Positions 1 to 13,469 of a stretch of DNA of 64,000 nucleotides are shown piece after piece. The stretch comes from Epiperipatus broadwayi (lineage: Eukaryota; Animalia; Onychophora). The notes beneath the pieces were generated by a model that was not told the origin of the DNA, searched no databases, and saw only the letters and a program-made list of their open reading frames with translations. Both the position numbers and the translations under genes were made by a program. Position 1 is the stretch's first letter. Each line of letters starts with the position of its first letter. The stretch is from NCBI GenBank assembly GCA_028023455.1, contig JAQFVV010000001.1, positions 2,170,001 through 2,234,000 on the forward strand. The letters are read 5' to 3'.

Positions 1-260
1 TTTTTTTAAATATAAAAATTTATAAAATATTATGGTGGAAAAATTTTCAAAAATGTTTAAGCCATGATTTGATAGCTTCATCATTTAAATTGTATTTTGA
101 TTTCTTAAATAATCATTATTAAAAAAAAATATTATTAATTGCATTTTGTTTTTTATATTCTTTTTAAACCTAGAAATTTTTTTTTGTATATACCTTTTAT
201 GTTCTTCTAAAACAAATATTTGTTAAATCCTGTGAAATTTAAGCTCCATTTGTTTTACAG

Positions 261-330
261 ATGGCATCTTACAATGAAGGAATTGCATGTCATATGAAGG
301 AAATTTTTAAAGTATATGACTCCTTGAGAG
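261..330 (+). CDS. Candidate coding exon of an unidentified host gene (MASYNEGIACHMKEIFKVYDSLR, ends in phase 1)
   Basis: Acceptor tttgttttacag at 249-260 and donor AG|gtagga at 331. Only one of the three frames is open. Product not recognised. Confidence 0.4.
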
Positions 331-895
331 GTAGGATAGAAATATATAAGCTCATATTATTTAGTTATAAACTTTACATTGATATCAAAGGGGGATCAAA
401 TACTAATCCCAATCTTAATGAACTGATTTTATAGTAGATATGTCACGTCTTTAGAGATTTTAACAATGAAAATAATCTCATCTAGTTTTTATTGTAATTA
501 AAAAGTAATAACTTACAACAACTATTATTTGCTATTAGTGAAAGTAGATGTCACCACTATACAATTTTTGGTTTTTCTATATAAGTATTACTTTTTACTT
601 AAATCAAATTCTATATAAGAAAAATGCATGTTTATCATAATTTATGACACAGAGTGTGAAATAATTTCTCTAACAAGTTAAAGCAAGTGATAGAAATGTT
701 CACATAGCACGAGATAAAAAATTGAGTGATTTGTTAACTTACATTTTTCCAATTGTTTTCACTTTATGTATATCAGGAATTGTTAAATAAATCTAGTGTT
801 TTCCTGAATTTGTATCAGTTTTTACTTTTCTTGTCCTGGTGTCCCATCATATTCTTTAAGGACAGTTAATTGTCCCAGTTTTTTTAACTACCCAT

Positions 896-1323
896 TTTTA
901 TTTTTAACTTTTAATTTTAGCTTCTTATTTGATTTTATTTTAAATTAATATTTATTCATTTAATATTTTATAATTATTTTTCCTAAAACAAAAATGGCTC
1001 CCTATTATTTTGGCACATTAGTAATAAATGATTTCAATTTGTGACTTTATTTTGATATAGAAATAAGTGTCTTTTGCTTTTGTTTATATTGTAAAATGAG
1101 TATTTTATTTTTAACTTTTAATTTTAGCTTCTTATTTGATTTTATTTTAAATTAATATTTATTCATTTAATATTTTATAATTATTTTTCCTAAAACAAAA
1201 ATGGCTCCCTATTATTTTGGCACATTAGTAATAAATGATTTCAATTTGTGACTTTATTTTGATAGATAATGGGTGTATAGAAATAAGTGTCTTTTGCTTT
1301 TGTTTATATTGTAAAATGAGTAT
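896..1323. repeat. Tandem duplication, ~207-bp unit x2
   Basis: tttttaacttttaattttagc... starts at 901 and again at 1108. The copies are nearly identical apart from a short insertion around 1265-1278 in copy 2. Confidence 0.95.
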
Positions 1324-1479
1324 ATTATTAGTAATGTAAATGTGATAATATGATTTGTGACTTTTATTTCATACTGATAATCTGCAATGAAGTTTTTTTT
1401 GTTGTGTATCCAGTTAGGCTCTGTGGAAATATGAATACCCTAAATAAATTGTAATTTACATAAGTTTAGTTTACATAAA

Positions 1480-2310
1480 TAGAGAGCTGCTTGTGGTTTA
1501 TGTCTAGTGTGCCTACAAGTCAGTAAACCAAAATTACAGTAGCAAGTTAAAATCTATTATTTCTAAAAGATCAAATGAGATCTTGGTGATTGATTATTAT
1601 GGGCTATTGTCCCCATTTAACAGACAAAAATAGCTATTCATTGCCTATGATTTCTTCTCAAAATATGTTTCAGCTTACCCAATACCCCAAGTAATAATGG
1701 ACACATGATCAAGATATAAGACACCTTTCCTATCCAAAAAATGGAAAAAATAGGTGGTGTAATCTTAGCTAACATGTGCTTACATCTATTAGGAATCTAG
1801 TTGAACCCTTGCAAATGTTTAATGTGGGAGCTCAGACATTTGTTCAGGACTTACCTGGAGGATGAGCATAAGGGGTGGGTAAAGCAAACAGTATGTAGTC
1901 AACTACATCAATTGGTGCATGAATGAATCAACTGGATTCACAACCATCAGACTAGATTTCAATCAGCCTACTCCCATTTTATTAAGAAATGTCAGCCCCT
2001 AATTATGTGTAGTAATTTTGACACAGACAAGGACATGTTAAAAGCATATAAACAACTGACAAACATAGCAGAAAGAAGAAACAAAAACAACAAAGGGAGC
2101 AGTCACAACTTCAAGATAGGGGACAAAGAACCACCCCATATAAATAAACCACTAGAGAAATGGTATGAGGGACCATTCACTATTGTGTGACAGTCAGGTC
2201 CAAATTCACTATTGTGTGACAGTCAGGTCCAAATGCATTTTGGATACAGATAGGAGGGAAGTTAAAGGGACATATAACACCTGCATCCTAAAACTATATC
2301 TTAGTTGATT
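1480..2310 (+). pseudogene. Degenerate Gypsy integrase (core and GPF C-terminal part)
   Basis: Translated fragments LVIDYYGLL, IAYDFFSKYVSAYPIP and WYEGPFTIV...PNAFWIQIGGK, with stops and frameshifts. Confidence 0.85.
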
Positions 2311-4458
2311 AGAGTGACCACAGAGATGATGTACTGAATTGATAAGTAATTTAAATGAAAGTCATGATTTTTGGTTAAAATTAGAAAGAAAGGTGAGATA
2401 ACATAAAAAGTGGGTTCATTAATTTATGATGAGAGTATGTCTATATGATAGCAAAAGCAATTACTGGGACATTTTAGAGTCAACTGATACAGAATGATGG
2501 ACACTCCATGTTTAGTTTTTAGGAAAGTCCAGTAAGCCTCAAAAGGAGCAAGATTAAGATTAACGAGTTGACTATACTTTCTATAATATAGGGACACACT
2601 ACTAGGTGATCTCATACCATGTAACTATCATAGTAATAAAAAAAATTAAGAAATCCATATATAAATCTTACTTTACTATGAGGCTAGATACAAAGCTAGA
2701 GATTGTAAAAGAATTAGAAATATGGTTGAGAAAAAGTAAATAGACTTTATGTCCTCTTTTAAAAGGAGAAAGGAAAAATAAAGAACTTGAATGATCTAAT
2801 GCAAAACAAGCCAGATTAGTGTTAAAATTGTTAAAATTTTATTTGTAACAAAATTTTAACCCTGTAAGGATAGGGGAGTTGTAAGAGTAGCTTATAATCC
2901 ATTTCAAACCACCCTTATATGTCCACAGTAGTAGGCTAAACCTATAATAAAAAACTGAAATAATAGGTTAGGTACATGATATTTTTATATGCAGATATAT
3001 ATATAAATACACACACCCTTGAAGTTTGTTTTAATAAGTACCAGACCAAAATAATTTTGAAGTAAATGCTCCTTTTTAATGGAAAACAAAAGCTTAATCT
3101 TAGATCTCTCATATATATTTATATATACCAATAGTGACTTTGTTAATGTGTAGATGTCATGATATCAGACAGTAATTTAGTTGATGTGGTGATGACCTGA
3201 GGTCATGTCAATATCTAAGCAACCAAGTGTTGGAAAATGAGAATAGAATTTTACTACATAATTTTATTACATAATGTTATTACATAACATCAACAACAAC
3301 CATTAATTTGCATAACAATAGGTATCCATAGTGATAGAAAAAGAAAGTGAAAATGTGAGTTTGCTGGACAATGGATGTTAAGCCCCAGTATAAAATCAAA
3401 CCCAAGTCATTTCTGATCTCCTTCACATTTTATCAAGTGTTATAATAACTGCAAGCAGTGAATAGCTTAATATTCAACATTAAAAGCTTAATATCGAACG
3501 TTAAAACAAAGACAAAGATGGACAATATATTCGAAGATATTATCTATTCAGTATAAGATTTTAAAGTACTGAAAATTAAAGTAAATCATCAACATTTAAC
3601 AAGGCAAAAATCAATGAATTTTAGCAGCTTAATAAAAGAAATTAATTTTATAGTGATAATCGAAGACAGAAGACTGTGCAATCGAACAAGAAAAAAACAT
3701 ATATAGCTAACACATACTAATAAATGATGAAATAAAACTTTCCTTCATGTCAATTTGCTAAATATTAATCATAAGCAAATTTAAATATTTTTTATTGTAA
3801 TTACCATACAATGTATATTAGCTAGATAAATGTGCCAAGAACTGGGAGGCTGTCTTAATTGCCATGAAGTATGATGTAACTCACTTGTATAAATAATGCC
3901 TAGAAAAATGGCTAATGCCTAATTAGAAGTTTCCAAGGGAAGCCTGAAAGAGAATGATGTCCAAAATGGGAACAACCTTGTCCAAGCATTACCGGAGAAT
4001 CTGGAGAACAATGAAGGAGTTATCAGAATGGACTGTATTCATGAAAGACACTAATGTTTAAATTATAGACTCCAATTAGGAAGATTGGAACAAAATCAAA
4101 ATTATCATGTTTTATTTTTTTTCTTTGCTTTATATGTTTGTAAAATTCTACTTTTATTATTCTCACACTTGAAAGTTTCAGTGTGTTTGCAATTGAGAGA
4201 GTCCATTCTATAAGAAGCAACATAGAATGGGGGTAAGGTTTATTAAGCTAGAAATTTTTTTTTGTTTTGTAAATAAAATTTAGGTTGATTCCCTCCATAG
4301 TGATTTGACATTCAGTCATCATCATCATCATATAATATGGAATGAGGTAAGAATTTTTGATGCTCTTCCATATTAATTTGCACTCACTAAGACAGGACAG
4401 AGTTCATGTTATATGTTTACTTGTTTGTGTTTTAACTAATAATTGTTACATTTAGTTA

Positions 4459-5113
4459 TTAAAACAGGCAAAACTCACTGTACATATGCCACACACACAG
4501 CAAGCTAGAGTAATCAATGGATGCCAGAAGACTTGTGCATAAAATCCCCATCTAGTGCCTACTCATCCAATATCCCCAGACTAGTTTCTGGCTTGTGGCC
4601 TTTGTCAGTGAGGAGCTTTGGATCTGAGAGCATTGCATCTAGATCTTAGGATCTAATGCAACCCTTCAGCAACCACCTTTTATCTCCATTTAACTACAAA
4701 ACTATGCGTCTTAAACTGAAAACACTTTAATATTTCCAATTCAAGCCCATCAGCTTATATAGTTATATGGGTCTGAACCCAGTTCAGTTCCCATACATTT
4801 TGGTGTCTTTGGTTCTTTAATAACCATAACCACCAATATCCTATTAGGCAGGATTGGTTTTAAACCAATAAACATCACATGACCACCATCTCTTATGCTT
4901 GTGTATAACTTGTTAAAACAGGCAAAACTCACTATATGTATGCCACAGACAGCAAGCTAGAGTAATCAATGGATGCCAGAAGGCTTGTGCATAAAATCCC
5001 CATCTAGTGCCTACTCATCCAATATCCCCAGACTAGTTTCTGGCTTGTGGCCTTTGTCAGTGAGGAGCTTTGGATCTACACAAGCATAAGAGATGGTGTT
5101 TGTGTGATGTTTA
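4459..5113. mobile_element. Two direct copies (4459-4625, 4913-5077) of a foldback/MITE family arm; the second is bracketed by a 37-bp inverted repeat
   Basis: Near-identical gcaagctagagtaatcaatggatgccagaag...ggatct blocks. Inverted repeat 4869-4905 / 5077-5113. Relatives at 52.7, 55.5, 56.1 and 61 kb. Confidence 0.8.
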
Positions 5114-5639
5114 CATTTAGTTATTTGATGTGTATGATTAACATTCTGGAACTTGTACATAGAAGGGGGATCCCAAAGAAGATCATTCCAGCAGAAATTG
5201 GATCATAGCACTATTGAACATATTGCGATATAATTTTGTAAATAGTTATTTAGCTTCACGATCATTATCATGATAATGAAATAATAATTTTTTTTTATTC
5301 TTTTTTTTTTGCATTTAGTTAATCATTAACTTTGTATATAAAGAGTGCCTATTAATGCATATCTAACAGGGACATGGGTTGGTATAATGAATAATTTAGT
5401 TATTGAAATGGTAGAGATGCATATGGGACACATATAAGCATATCTTTTGCTATGTGAATAGAAATTTTAATTGTTATCTGTTTTTAATAAAATTTGTTAA
5501 TGTGTTTTAAATCAAATTGGTCTCTAGTTTATCAGACTTGTACATACACCCACTCATTAATTTAATTGATTATATATATAATAGACAGGGTATTAGCACA
5601 GACTTTCACATGACCCACCATCTCATAATACTGATACAC

Positions 5640-5910
5640 TGAACACACATATGTCGAAAAGATAAATAATTACCAATATACATATTTCATGCTAAACCAG
5701 CAATCATCAGTTGGTCCAGATTACCATCTTTACACACATATGCTACAAGTGCTCAGATATATATTAAGATAGCACAGTTGGTCCAGATTACCATCTTTAC
5801 ACACATATGCTACAAGTGCTCAGATATATATTAAGATAGCAAATCCTCCTACTTTAATGGACAGGCTTCAATGTACTCCACACTTCAACTCTTCAGCTGT
5901 CCATCCAATT
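5640..5910. repeat. Dispersed repeat with an inverted, diverged homologue at ~10030-10250
   Basis: ttaagatagcaaatc and ttaatggacaggcttcaat match the reverse complement of gatttgctatcttaa and ttgaagcctttccattaa near 10090-10140. Confidence 0.65.
5708..5841. repeat. Perfect 67-bp tandem duplication
   Basis: cagttggtccagattacc...ttaagatagca occurs at 5708-5774 and 5775-5841. Confidence 0.95.
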
Positions 5911-6061
5911 GAAAATCTGATGATGGAACGCTCAAAGGCCACCCTTAGGCCAAGATTGTTGTCACACCCATGTTGACCTAAAGGTCAATCTGACTCCTCA
6001 TGTATAGGACATAATCCATTAAATACATAAACAAGGGATAGGCAGACATCTCTAATATGGA

Positions 6062-6263
6062 ATAGATGAAATACACAGGCTTATATATACCTGTGTCTAT
6101 ATATATATGTAATAGACAGGGTATTAGCACAGACTTTCACATGACCCACCACTCTCCACACTATCTCATAATACTGATACACCTGAACACATATAAGTCT
6201 GTGCTAATACCCTGTCTATTACATATATACACAGGTATATATAAGCCTGTGTATTTCATCTAT
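6062..6263. repeat. Hairpin (inverted repeat) with ~70-bp arms
   Basis: 6062-6135 is the reverse complement of 6196-6263 except for a 6-nt indel. The loop is 60 nt. A partial copy of the left arm and loop lies at 5576-5650. Confidence 0.9.
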
Positions 6264-7569
6264 ATGTATATATATATATATGCACACACATATAGATTAT
6301 TATAACATAACACTGCAATAGGGTTGGTTGTATTTTAGGTCAATGAAAACTTAATTGCTACATAAAGTAAATTCACTCCTGAAGAGAGCCAAAGGCAACA
6401 TTCTCCCTTGGTTTGAATACTGAGGTATAATGGAATCTGAAAGAGGAATGAGATATAGATGAACTAGCCTAAATTGTATCTAGATTTAATGAGTAAGCCA
6501 AGAGCTAGCCCATTGGAGGTGGATAAGATCATTGGTTAGTTACTTCATCGTGTCATCCACAGCATCCTATCCAAATACCCTAGGACTGACCATAGTTAGA
6601 TGTGTTCCCCCTCTTCTGGTGGCAAACCTGGACCATTACAATATATATATAAGATAGAAAAAAATTTCTTCTAGCTACATTCAATTTCCACTTCTTCTGA
6701 GAGCAAAACTAAGATGTTAATATCTTATAAATATTCTACACATTTAAAATTTTTTAGTAATTGTTATTATATTATGTCATGTAAAAGTATATAAAAAGTA
6801 ATAAGATTTTTAAATATTTATTCTTTAAATAATACCTGGTTTATAAAATAGCAAAGTAAATGGTGTTAAGAAAGAACATTTGAAATTTAAATACCTTAAA
6901 TTAGCAATGGGTAAACATTTGGATTTATTGAAAGTCTTCATGATCTATATCAATCCATAATACGTTCAATATTAAATGTTTTTGTGTTTCTATTAAGTTT
7001 CACTTTACAAAAGCAGATTGATTACCTAAACAAAATACTTATTTATCATTTGTAACAGTTTGCCACCACTTGCAGCTCTCTTGGCACAAATTTATTCAAG
7101 CATATTAGTGTTTAGAAACAGATCAAACTTTTTATTGCTTTTTAATAGCATCTTATTTGAGATTATTAAAGAATGTTTGCACAACACTTAGATGGAAATC
7201 TTGATTGTATCTAAATGCAAAAACAAGGCACCTTGTTGATTGCCTTACAGTTAACAGTAAATTAATAAATACAAGAGTTTATAGAATGCAGATTGATGGG
7301 TAGATAATAGATTAGCCAAGTCAAAGGTTAATGTGATAGTAGTATTAAAAAAATAGATCCTATTTTATACATATTGATAAGAAAACAGATATTCATTCTT
7401 TAGGAACAATTACTTCTTGTGCAAAATTTTATAGTTGGTAATCACTAAAACTAAAAATTGACAATAGTATTGATGCATAAAAATTTTTAATGAATATTTG
7501 GTACTGATATAGTTAGAATACTGTATTTCAGTTTATGTTTTATTGTCTGCATGGGAGCATTGAAACCAT

Positions 7570-8400
7570 ACTGGGATAAATAATTGATAAATTTTAAATA
7601 ATTCACAGAATAATCATGTCAAATATGTTACTAAGACAAATTGCAAGCAGATTCTAAAAAACTTTTGAAATAAAAACACTTTCATACATCAATGCCAAAT
7701 CATTCTGTTTGATAAAAAGATATATCCTTTTTCATCTGATCTTCAACCATATATATATTGTAAATAAATCAAGCATTGATAGCCGGAAAGGGTTTAAACT
7801 TTAATAGTTTAGAAATCAATCAAGCCAACTTACCATTTCAAATATTAATTTAAATATTAATAATTTTAATCATATATAAATGAGTATTACTGCTGGATAA
7901 ATATGTAGCATTTATGAATATAAATACTTCACAGAACAATCATGTCAAAAATGTTACACGGCAAATTGCAAGCAGATTCTAAAGATCCATTTCCGTGTAG
8001 TATTTATATTCATAAATGTTACATATTTGATCAGCAGCAGTAGTCATTTATGTGCAATAAAAATATTATTTAATTAAAATCAATTTATGAAATGGTATGG
8101 TAACTTGATTGACTTGTAAACTAAGATCACTGCTAATATAAAGTTTTAGCTTTTCGGCTATCAATGCTTGATTTATTTACAATATATATATATTCAAAGG
8201 TCAGATGAAAGTGGATATCTCCTTTTATCAGACAGAACGAATTGGCATTGATATGTAAAATGGCTTATATTTGCAAGTTTTTTAAAAATGGTTCTTTAGA
8301 ATCTGTTTGCAATTTGTCCTAGTAATGTAATCGGACATGATTGTTCCATGAAGTATTTATATTTATAAATGTTTCATATTTGATCAGCAATAACAATCAT
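7570..8400. mobile_element. Foldback-like imperfect palindrome built from a ~330-bp unit
   Basis: aatcatgtcaaa...caaattgcaagcagattctaaa occurs forward at ~7610 and ~7938 and reversed at ~8298-8342. ttgtaaataaatcaagcattgatagccg (~7757) is inverted at ~8155. Axis near 7990. Confidence 0.8.
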
Positions 8401-11400
8401 TTACTTGCGATTAAAATGATTAGTCGATAAATTTTCGATTTGTACTTTACACATATAAATATAAATTGTAAAAAAATATTAATAGTTGAAGAAAATGAAC
8501 AGAAAATAAAAATTTGAAAAAAAAAAAAGTAAAAGTGAAACATTTTCCCATGTCAGTTTAAATAATTTTTTTTTTTTTTTACAAATTAATATAAAAATAT
8601 TACTGGGTAATGTCTCTGCCAAACAGTGGTAAACCAGTTGTCTTTCTAACATTTCTTCAGGACATTCACTCAGGTTATCATCAGTAATCGAAACAAGAAA
8701 ATTTCATTTTATCTTCTTTTTAATTGTTACAAAGCCAGTTCATTTTTATTTTTATTATTTTATTTGATTGTAATATTTTGTTCAATAACAAACCCAATTT
8801 CTTTTATGAAAAATTAAAAAAATTGTAGTTTACAATTATTTTGACCTTTAGTATTGTTTTATAAAACTCTATACAACTAACCTTTTTTTTTTTTTTCATT
8901 TTTCAAAGACAAATAAGGTAATTAAAAATTTGAAAGATGAATAATAAAAGTTTGAAACAAATATGTTAATTACAAATATAAGAGGTTTAAAATTAGACAT
9001 TTAATTTACAATTAATTTTTATCTTAATATTATGTCTTATTGAAAAAAATATTTTTTTTTTTAAAAAAAGATTTCAATTTATTGATTAATTTACCCAATA
9101 TGATTTCAAGGGTTCCATGCAATGGATAAAAACAGAGAATGAAATGTAGTATGTCAGTTATATTGGTTTTAAAATATTTTATGATTTTGAGTAAATCTAT
9201 TCTAGGATCTCTAAAAGAAAAAGTGCCTGGCTGGTTCTCTGTCAATGATTGTATTATTAAATAAATAAAATAAAAAAGTAATACTAACTGTTTGGGAAAA
9301 TAATACGTTGAATGTGGAACTTCTTAAACATAGTAGGAATTTAAAGACTGAATTTTGTTGACTAACAAGAATACTTAAAAAAACATATAGACATTTGCTG
9401 ATGATGATAATTTTACATCTTTTTTTGACATGTTATAACATAGAGCTTAAAAATGAAAACCTGATTCTATTAATTCAATATATGAGGATTCTTTTATCTA
9501 ATACTAACTATTTAGTTCTTCTTTTGAATAATGATAGAAGAATTTACCTGACCATTTTTAATTCAGTCCTTTATATTTTCCCAGAGATATTCAGCTTAAT
9601 GAGGCTGAAACGTTTATCTATAATCTTAAAACCAGAAATTCTGGAATGTTTGAAATAAGGAGTTTTAAAAATATTGGGACTTTTTCTATTTGATATTCAA
9701 AAGAAGAAAGAAATATATTGGGAGAAAACATGATTACTAGTATATTTATGTATGAATCAAAAGAGATTTGTAAAATAAATTGATTTTCAGAAGAAATACA
9801 TATTAGAAGAGATGTAAAGTTAAAATACTGCTCTCTCTTATTTGTTGCTAAATGTGTATTGCCTTGATAAGAATGGAATTACTATTAAGGGAAGGAAGCT
9901 TGATTATTTAAGATTTCTCAGAATTATTATAGTATTTGTAATATTTAAATACAAATATAGTATATATACTTAAACTAGATGTACTTAGAGGGAATTTGAA
10001 GTCAGACTTTCAAATTCATATCATTCACTTTATGTTATACAATCGTTACACATGACCACATGATATGAATGACTGAAGAGTTGGACAGTAGAGAAGATTG
10101 AAGCCTTTCCATTAAGGTTTGAAGATTTGCTATCTTAATATAAACTGAGCACTGATTATTTATGTGTGGGAGATGATGATCCGGATTACCTGATAGAGTG
10201 CTGGTTCAGCATGAAATATTTATATTGGAGATCATTTATCTTTTTCACATTATGTAATCATATCTATCAGTTGTATAGGATAAAATTTTATGACTGAAGG
10301 GATCTTGAAAGTCTGGGTTCAAATCTTAACACTACTTAGAGAAAGTGGAGATAAAATCAGCAGAATGCTAAGAAAGAATAATGTTATTTATGATAATAAT
10401 AAAACTATTAACACTGAAATTATGAAAATAGATAGGTAAAGTAAAAATTTGAGATTGATGAAGGAAATATAATTATAAAACAAATTACTGCTACATTGCT
10501 TAAATGTTGTTGGGATTAGAATGAGACTCGCAATGATTAAATAAGGCTTTTAATGAGATTAGTAGGTTATTCTATAATTCTTTTGAGACTAGAATTTAAA
10601 TGATGGGGTGGGTGGGTGGAGTCTTGTTTAGTGCTTTGTTTGAAATGTTTGGAGCAGAAACTTGATAAGCAGAAAAAGAAAACATGTGAAGCTCTAGAGC
10701 AATATTGTCCAAACTGTATTCTGTGGATGTGGACAAAAGGTTTCATGAAAAATTAATGTAATTTATGTTTTTACATGCTTGTCTACAAGAAAGTTTTTCC
10801 CACCAAGTGTATTCCATCTAATCAGTCTTCTTTATTCAGCTGAATATATTCTTTATTTGTATGCAGTAGCATGGAAAGGGATTCAGTTTCAGTATTAGTT
10901 CACCATTAATCAGTGCAGGCCTTGTTAAAATGTGCATAAAACAAGTTATCTAAATGCATGATTAATATAGTTAAAATACCATTTTTTGAAACATTAGTTG
11001 TATAATGTGAACGGGCTTCATAATTACTAAGATAACGTGTAGTGATGAAGGAAAATGCTATAGTAAGTTTGAAATATTGTGATCAAAGGCCTAGAAGCAC
11101 TGAACCACATCACAAATTGATTTTTTAAAAATATAAATAATTGTTTTGGTACATTTATATGTGTGTGATTTAATGCAGTGGTAAAGTGACGAATTTGAAT
11201 CTAAAGATTCCTGAATTGAAACTCAATCTGTCATTTCTACTGTGCAAAGATCACATGATTTCCCAAGCAAGTAATCTCTTTACTTTTTTTAATGCAGTCA
11301 TCTGTAAAATAAATACATTGCAAATTTGAGTGTTCTATAGTAAAAAAAAAGTTCGAGAAATGTTGCTTATAAAGAAATTATGAAAAAATTCTTAAAACAA

Positions 11401-13469
11401 ATTGAAGAGAGGTAGAAAAAAAAATAGTTGGCTTTAAAAAAGGAACCAGCTATACGGTTTTTAAGAATAAGAAAAAAGCATGGAAAAAAAACAAAATCTA
11501 AAATAGAACTTTTCTTTGGCAAGTGTTGATGAATGTATATATATATGATATAAAGTCGTGATTTTTGTTCTTATTTGATTTTAAATTTATATATATAAAA
11601 CATTTTTTTATCTTTTCACTCGATTGTTGTAGAAAGTGTTCGCATAATTATCACAAGACTGATGAGGCAGTAGCTTAAAATGACTCATCAGAGTTAATAC
11701 TACTAAATAAAAAGTCTGAAGATTAAGAAAATTATAGAGTAATTAATAGCAATCATGTCTGAAAGCATTTCAACGCTGAGCAACTTTTAATTACAGTAAA
11801 TACACAAGCAATGTTTAAGAAATACTTGCTGATAATTAGCATAAGAAGTTAAAATTTTAATTAATTATAATCAGGAGAGAGTCCATATGCCGGACTTAAT
11901 GATACTTTCAAAGCTGTAACACATTTAGAATAATTATTATCTAACTCTTAAAACATTTATTGCTTTTTTAGAGTGTTTTTCTTTTTAATTAAGGCATAAA
12001 GTAATTAAATACATTTCTGAGCATTAAAATAGTAATCTGTTTCAAAGCATAACCGCAAGAATTTAATAATATTATATGAAATGAATTATTTAAATATTAA
12101 AACAATTTTGAATAATATTAATAATAACGTAATATATTTATATAAAGATTAAAACTGTCTTTAACTTCCAGTATAGGACAAAGATGTCTCCAGCAGCAGT
12201 TTCATCCCAAAAGTGAAACATTTAATGAGAATCATTTCTTAAGATGTGCCAAATAGTAAATCTTTTGGTGCTTTTACATCATTGTTTAACCCTTTATTTA
12301 AGAATAGCTAGATATCCCCTTACTGATCAATAATTGGATAGTTAAGTTGGATTGATTATGAGTGGGCTGTTCAAATATATATATATAAGGTTGTATGCTC
12401 TTTGTATAATATATGTTTATAACATTTTTTTCCTATGAAATTTTTATTTTCACTAAAATTTTATATGTATATAAAAGACTAGAATTTTGACATTTCCATT
12501 TCCTTAAGTTCTCTTTGAGTATTTATTAAAATCATTTATAAGAACAAATTTGACATGAAAATTCAGATGTTATATATTTCTGGCTCACTTGATTAATAAA
12601 GTTATTTGCAAAATGCATGCATAGTGAGAGAGGGTGGTCTAAGGTTCTGCATTAGTGAATGTTTAGTGTAACTGGGATAAAGGATATGCTGATAAAAACA
12701 GTGTCGACGCTAAGTAATACTTGTGGAATAAAAATGAGAATAAAATGAAACAAGAAATGCATATAATGGATTTACAAAACAGCAGTAATATTAGTAGCAC
12801 TGGAATCAAAAAAATATACAGCAAATAAAAAATAAGGGAAATAAAAGTAACCATTAATTAAATAATATGTTTGCTGACTGAAATGGGTTCAGATGGTTAC
12901 TACAGACAAGTACATGTGAAATTTGTAAATTTCTAATATTCTTTTACTTTTCCTATGTGAGTCACTGAATTCATGATTTTTGAGGGTAGTGTTTTGGCAA
13001 TCTGATTTATTCTTTTTTTGAATAGCAATTAAATGATTAAGAAAATTTATTATTTTTGATTATTATTTCATTAATCTTTTTGTACTTAATTTCTAGAATA
13101 TATGAAGTCATATGTAAAGGGTTGAGGAATTGTAACAAATTAAAAAGAAATAAAAGTATGTTTATTTATGTAAAAGAGAGAATGAGAAAACTGTCAGTTT
13201 AATATGTATGAAATACAACATATCTGCATACTATGAACACATCATTATAAGTGAACTTTTGTTCTTTTCTTCTTCTCATCCTCCTTCCTCTTCTCCTCCT
13301 TCTTCTTTTTGATTTATGTTACATTGCCAACATTACTAATAGCAAAACAAATTTAAACTACACAAAGAGGTCAAATATGACAAAATATCATTACATAAAA
13401 CGTTGCCATTGAGGTACCAGAAGGGATGTTTCACTACTTTCCCAGCCCTTTATCTATTCTACAGAATTC

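Larger units (their letters stand above)
1480..6640 (+). mobile_element. 5'-truncated, decayed Ty3/Gypsy LTR retrotransposon (element 1), related to the element at 27628-39662
   Basis: Integrase remnant homologous to 34190-35350. PPT aaggataggggag at ~2866-2878, followed by LTR start TGTAA at 2880. LTR end ...ccaTTACA at 6640; 6340-6640 is homologous to 29740-30026 and 39370-39662. Confidence 0.85.
2880..6640 (+). repeat. 3' LTR of element 1, enlarged by secondary insertions
   Basis: TGTAA...TTACA termini. Patchy colinear similarity to the LTR at 27628-30026 (e.g. 3150-3340, 3500-3880, 6340-6640). Confidence 0.7.

Noticed and set aside
9350-9720. LINE RT remnant (TFADDD, IQLNEAETFIYNLK)
   Set aside because: The motifs are short and in the wrong order for RT, with many stops. 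The 87-aa ORF there looks like background.
10600-10625. G-quadruplex candidate ggggtgggtgggtgg
   Set aside because: The fourth G-run has only two G; it is isolated with no supporting context.
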